From assembly GCA_051382295.1 (NCBI GenBank), contig JBBCAW010000078.1:1-64000 (forward strand): DNA of 64,000 bases. Direction: 5' to 3'. The stretch comes from Bdellovibrionota bacterium FG-1. GTDB lineage: Bacteria; Bdellovibrionota; UBA1018. A program made the translations under genes and the position numbers. The notes under the pieces were generated by a model. The model saw only the letters and a program-made list of their open reading frames with translations, made no database searches and was not told the origin of the DNA. Positions 59,705 through 64,000 of this stretch are shown here, piece after piece (the first letter of the stretch is position 1; each line of letters begins with the position of its first letter).

Positions 59705-62164
59705 ATGTCGGAATCTCGGTCTATTCCATTACTCGCCTACTGCCTATTCGCCATAGGGCTGGCGTCTTGCGTGACCCCCGACGAAGCAGGACTGACGCCC
59801 ACTGCCACCCCCTCAGCCGAGCCTACGCCTGCCGCCTCGAACGTGATGAGTTTTGCGGGCGCGACCCAAGCCGTTAACTTGGACGGTACGCGAATCCAAA
59901 TTTCCTGGAATGCGGCTGCGGGAGATTTTGCGCACTACCTCGTGTACGAACTGCAAGACGACGGCACCCTCAAGCTCTTGGTGACGCTGCCGCCGGCCCT
60001 CACCACGTACCCGGTCATCGGCCTGACCGCCGGGACGCTGCATAACTACATCGTTCGCGCCGTAGATGCCTCGAACGTCACCGATGCAAATCACGTCGTC
60101 GTGAGCGCAATCACCTACGCCGGAATCAGCTCAACGAGCGGCGTCGGCCAGACTTCCGCGACGCTAAATTTTCCAGCCGGCGGGAGCGCCGCGCAGCTCA
60201 ACCTCTATTGCTCCGAACGCGGGGCCGATCCAGCACTCCTCGCCACAGTCGGACCAAGCGCCACGAGCGCCACGCTCACGGGCCTGAAGCCAGGGACCAC
60301 TTACGTTTGTAAAGCCCTGGCCCAAAGCTTATTTGGCATCGAGGATTCTAATACCGTCACCAAGACCTTTCAAACGATACCCACTCATATCACCCATTAC
60401 AAAGGACCAATCCTCGTGCAGGCGTTCGGGGCGGCCGGAGATGCTTCGTGGACGCCCTACACGGGCCAACCCAAAAACAGACAAGTCAGAATTACCTGGA
60501 AGCCGTTTGCGGGCGCCAGCGGCTCCACGCTTTACAAACTCGTCCGCGTGGCAAAAGACGGCATCATCGATACTCTGGTCACAAATGCCTGTACCGCAGG
60601 CACCAGTAGCTCATGCGTGGTGCAATGCCCTGCGAGCGCAACCACGGGCACCGTGATCAGTGACGACTCGGCTAACCTCGTCGGTCAAGCGGCAAAAACC
60701 TGCACGGATAATAACGTCGCGGCCTCGCCGACCCAATACGATTACTACGTCACCCAGGTGATCAGTGGCTGGGTCGAAGAATCGCCGGCCCCCTCAAACG
60801 GCGGCGATAGTGCTTACCGCATCACTGTACCCATCCCTCCGCATGACATGGTGCTCGTGCATCGGGATTCAGCCAATTATGAAATGTGTAGTCTCATGGG
60901 CAAGACCGATATGGACCCCACCCATCACCAACGCTGCGCCTATACTGGGCTCGGTGCGGTTCCAACTAACTCTCATCCGGGTAATCCGGCGCTTAATCTG
61001 GAGCCAGGGTATTATGACTTTGGTTACAATCTCTTTATAGACCGTTGGGCGGCGGCGTGTAATTGGAGCCCGAGTGCGGCGACGGCGGGCAGCACTGGCA
61101 AATGCGGAGCCGGGCGCACCAACGGCGACTGCTTTGGCAATGCCTACCCCCCCGACGCGAGCATCGGCGTGGATGGCAACGTCTACTACGACTGGAACTA
61201 CGGTATGTGCTGGGTGAACGTCGCGCAGACGTGGATCGACACGACTGGCACAACACCTACTGCCTCGCAGCGAATGCAAGCCTACACGAACACCCCCAGT
61301 ACGACCGTCAAAAAGCCCCCCTTTGTGTATGTCACGCAATCCGGGGCGGCTGATACTTGTGGTGCGGTGATCGACCCGGATTATGGCGCGAAGCGGCTCT
61401 TAAGACGTCGTGAGCAAGTCGCCGCGGCCGCTTGGCCCGCACTCGTTGGGGAACCTCGCGCCATGACAGATAGCGCGATCACTACGCTCTTAAGCGGCTT
61501 TGATCACCCCAACGCCCATGTTTGTAACTCGAACACTCATAACGGCGTAAGCGCGGTCGGCAAGACTTTCAATGATTCAGGATATGAACTCGTCCGAAGC
61601 GCGGCATCCGGCCCAGACTCGTTTATGATCGGGAGTACGGGGACGGCCAACTGCGTGTCTCGTTTTGGCGCGCAAGACCTAGGCGGCAATGATTGGATGT
61701 GGATCAGCGACCAGCTCGGAAGTTGCAGTGCCGCTACGCACTCCTGCTCAGGGATCACGAGCCCTTTCGATAGCGGCAATACGGATTGGAACGGGTTTCA
61801 GTTTGACGGGTTAGGCGGTGCTACGGGCAATCACGGTCCCGGTGGCGGTGCGGTCAACATAACGGGGTGGTTTCTCAATATCATTTCGTTCAATGCTACC
61901 TATCTTTCCTTGCCACTTGGGCTCCCTCTCGTGGGCAATGATGGCGGCAACGCTACCACGATCAGCACCCTCGGCGCAGCCGGCGCCAAACTTCAGTACG
62001 ACAATTTTGCGCTCTATACGGATAACGGCAATGCCACCCGAGGGGCATATGTCGGAGGTCCTGTTAATTGGGGTGCCGCTGGACGTTTCATGCTCTACTT
62101 GTACCAGCCACCGTCGAACTATGGCTCTACGATCGGTTTCCGCTGTGCGCTTCCGGCGGAGTGA
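59705..62164 (+). CDS. Lipoprotein with FN3 domains and a C-terminal FGE-type C-type-lectin fold (paralog 2)
   Basis: Lipobox LASC; colinear with 56351-58816; SRFGAQDLGGN.W.W and IGFRC. Confidence 0.8.
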   Translation: MSESRSIPLLAYCLFAIGLASCVTPDEAGLTPTATPSAEPTPAASNVMSFAGATQAVNLDGTRIQISWNAAAGDFAHYLVYELQDDGTLKLLVTLPPALTTYPVIGLTAGTLHNYIVRAVDASNVTDANHVVVSAITYAGISSTSGVGQTSATLNFPAGGSAAQLNLYCSERGADPALLATVGPSATSATLTGLKPGTTYVCKALAQSLFGIEDSNTVTKTFQTIPTHITHYKGPILVQAFGAAGDASWTPYTGQPKNRQVRITWKPFAGASGSTLYKLVRVAKDGIIDTLVTNACTAGTSSSCVVQCPASATTGTVISDDSANLVGQAAKTCTDNNVAASPTQYDYYVTQVISGWVEESPAPSNGGDSAYRITVPIPPHDMVLVHRDSANYEMCSLMGKTDMDPTHHQRCAYTGLGAVPTNSHPGNPALNLEPGYYDFGYNLFIDRWAAACNWSPSAATAGSTGKCGAGRTNGDCFGNAYPPDASIGVDGNVYYDWNYGMCWVNVAQTWIDTTGTTPTASQRMQAYTNTPSTTVKKPPFVYVTQSGAADTCGAVIDPDYGAKRLLRRREQVAAAAWPALVGEPRAMTDSAITTLLSGFDHPNAHVCNSNTHNGVSAVGKTFNDSGYELVRSAASGPDSFMIGSTGTANCVSRFGAQDLGGNDWMWISDQLGSCSAATHSCSGITSPFDSGNTDWNGFQFDGLGGATGNHGPGGGAVNITGWFLNIISFNATYLSLPLGLPLVGNDGGNATTISTLGAAGAKLQYDNFALYTDNGNATRGAYVGGPVNWGAAGRFMLYLYQPPSNYGSTIGFRCALPAE

Positions 62165-63669
62165 GTGGTCTCCTGAATCACTCTCTCCAGCTGGGTAATC
62201 TCCTCGTCCTTGAGCATGTGAAAGAACTTCGCGCGCTTCGCCGCGCTCAGGCGCCCGCCATTATGGAGGCAAAATTTGATGAACTGGTCGATCTTCTGGT
62301 CCGGCATATCGATTATTCCCTGGATTCCATTTTTAATCCGGTCGTAACTTACCAGGAGGTTAAGTTCCGTGGGTAGCTCGGTTTCAATGGTTTCCTCCAG
62401 GACCTGAAACATTGTTTCGCAGATCTTCGTCATGTCAATGGATCTGTAGTGCCTTGCTGTTTCGTTTCTCACTTCCATGGTGCCATCGGCATCCAGGGTG
62501 TAATCGATCAATGGCATGAGAGCGGTTGAAAAAGCTTCGAGGATTTCGTCGTACCTTCGGATATTCCTTAGAAGTGTCGCCGAGACCGGAAAGATCACCC
62601 CCTCTGGCGTGAACCGGCTAGCCGCCAGGATGTGGTGAATCAGAAAGCGGTGAATGCGGCCATTGCCGTCATCGAAGGGATGGATAAAAACGAAGCCAAA
62701 GGCGATGGCTGTGGCATGAACCACGGGATAAACTCCGGACCTGAACATTCGCGCGTGGGATTGCAGCAGGCCGTCCATGAGGGGGCGCACGTCTTGTGGT
62801 TTTGGCGGGACGTAATGAACCAGTTCGCGGTCCAAGCTGATGCTTTCCCCGATGTAGTTTTGGGTGGTCCGATAATCCGGATTGATAAAGCGCGCGTCAA
62901 CGATCTGGTTTTGAAGCCAGACGAGCTGTTCGCGCGTGAGAAAATCTTTTCTACCCGCCGCTTTAAGTGTCGCGACGAAGCGGGAGACGCGCGCCTCGTC
63001 AGGCTGGTCGCGCTCGATCTCGTAGGAGGACTTCGTTTCCTTCGTATAGAGATAATGAACAGCGCGGCTGATCACGTCTTCCGGATACTCGCGGATGATG
63101 TTGACGGTTCGTTGGTCGAGTTTTTTGTCCTCGAACTGCGCGAGCAGCGGAGTGCGCCTGACGAAGGGACAAAACGTTCGATCGCCTAAAAGGTTGTCGT
63201 TGATCCGGTGTCTGCGGCTTTGGACTCGCACCCCGGTGTAATAGCGGATGGGGTCCAGAAGGTCGACGTAGTTTCCCATGTCGAGATCGGGAATTCCGTT
63301 GAGCCGATTGCCGGTCAGCAGTTCATACAAATACCAGAGCTGACGTGCTCGGGTGCCAGTTCGTTTTTTGAGGACATATTCGACGATTGAGGCAGGGTCG
63401 ATTTTCTCGAAGACCGCTCCCAAGATCTCCAGATTCACTCCTTCGTACCTCAGGGCAAAGCTGACCTGCGAAACCAGGTCGGTGCCTGGATCGTAGCTCT
63501 TGGGGTACTGCTCCTCGATCAAGCCATTGGCCTGCTGGAAGGTCTTCCTTCCCCCGCGCTCGGCGATGGTGCTTGTTTGGAAATGGGGGATGACTTTCAG
63601 ATCGAACTGCCTCACGAGCGCCTGGTAACCGACCTGCTTCCATTCATTTGTTGACAAAGAGTTCTCCAA
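62119..63669 (-). CDS. Fic-family protein (long form)
   Basis: Canonical HPFDDGNGRIHR, plus SSYEIE resembling the inhibitory (S/T)xxxE motif. Confidence 0.92.
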   Translation of the reverse strand: MENSLSTNEWKQVGYQALVRQFDLKVIPHFQTSTIAERGGRKTFQQANGLIEEQYPKSYDPGTDLVSQVSFALRYEGVNLEILGAVFEKIDPASIVEYVLKKRTGTRARQLWYLYELLTGNRLNGIPDLDMGNYVDLLDPIRYYTGVRVQSRRHRINDNLLGDRTFCPFVRRTPLLAQFEDKKLDQRTVNIIREYPEDVISRAVHYLYTKETKSSYEIERDQPDEARVSRFVATLKAAGRKDFLTREQLVWLQNQIVDARFINPDYRTTQNYIGESISLDRELVHYVPPKPQDVRPLMDGLLQSHARMFRSGVYPVVHATAIAFGFVFIHPFDDGNGRIHRFLIHHILAASRFTPEGVIFPVSATLLRNIRRYDEILEAFSTALMPLIDYTLDADGTMEVRNETARHYRSIDMTKICETMFQVLEETIETELPTELNLLVSYDRIKNGIQGIIDMPDQKIDQFIKFCLHNGGRLSAAKRAKFFHMLKDEEITQLERVIQETTHSAGSAQRKPIVEP

Positions 63670-64000
63670 AAATCGTTATGAGTCTTTAAAAAGCATTATC
63701 GGATTGGATAGCCTATAAAAGTAATTATGATACCTTAAATTTTTATTATATTATGCTAAATTTTATGAAAAGCATTATCACTCACGTAGCGGGGGTTCTT
63801 GGGGTTAGCTAATACTTTGTTGTTAAATTTTCCCAACTAGTTGAAGTTATGTGTCTTTTTATTTTCCCACGGCGGTATGATGGCGGTCTCTGCCGGGACG
63901 GCATGAAAAGCAACATTCCTGAGGCGCATTTCCCAGTTAGTGCTTTATGTGTCTTAAAATCGAAGTGTTGCATTACACACAACAAACAAGTCTCAGCAAG

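Noticed and set aside
63734..63761. dif site
   Set aside because: TTATGCTAAAT resembles a XerD arm, but there is no XerC-like arm ending in ATAA six bases upstream.
55216..64000. Complete DGR in the window
   Set aside because: No reverse transcriptase, Avd or AAC-rich template repeat is visible.

Overview
Bacterial chromosomal window, probably from a Bdellovibrionota/Oligoflexia-like organism. This is an inference from the TIGR02147 gene, the secreted GGxxGNG proteins and the deltaproteobacterial-type rpoBC/tuf region. The core part holds the tRNA-Thr/Tyr/Gly/Thr-tuf-rpmG-tRNA-Trp-secE-nusG-rplKAJL-rpoBC-tRNA-Val cluster, proS-pyrF-RNA methyltransferase, ntrYX, pyrD, rsgA, serA and an RND pump. 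Three accessory zones interrupt it. (1) At the left end, beyond tRNA-Ser, an ISL3 element has inserted into the toxin gene of a Phd/YefM TA pair. (2) A ~9 kb block carries four AAA+ ATPase/PD-(D/E)xK nuclease fusions, each with its own operator-like repeats, plus VapBC and a TIGR02147 operon. It is bounded by a 51-bp-period palindrome array and a 122-bp perfect inverted-repeat element. (3) An island after tRNA-Ala carries two paralogous FN3 + C-type-lectin-fold lipoproteins that resemble DGR targets, interleaved with MNT-HEPN, RelE/HigA and Fic genes. Also notable: a 25-aa (ATKKK)n histone-H1-like microprotein gene missed by the ORF track, a RAYT transposase, and repeated leaderless-promoter geometry. 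All calls come from reading the sequence by eye; no database searches were run.
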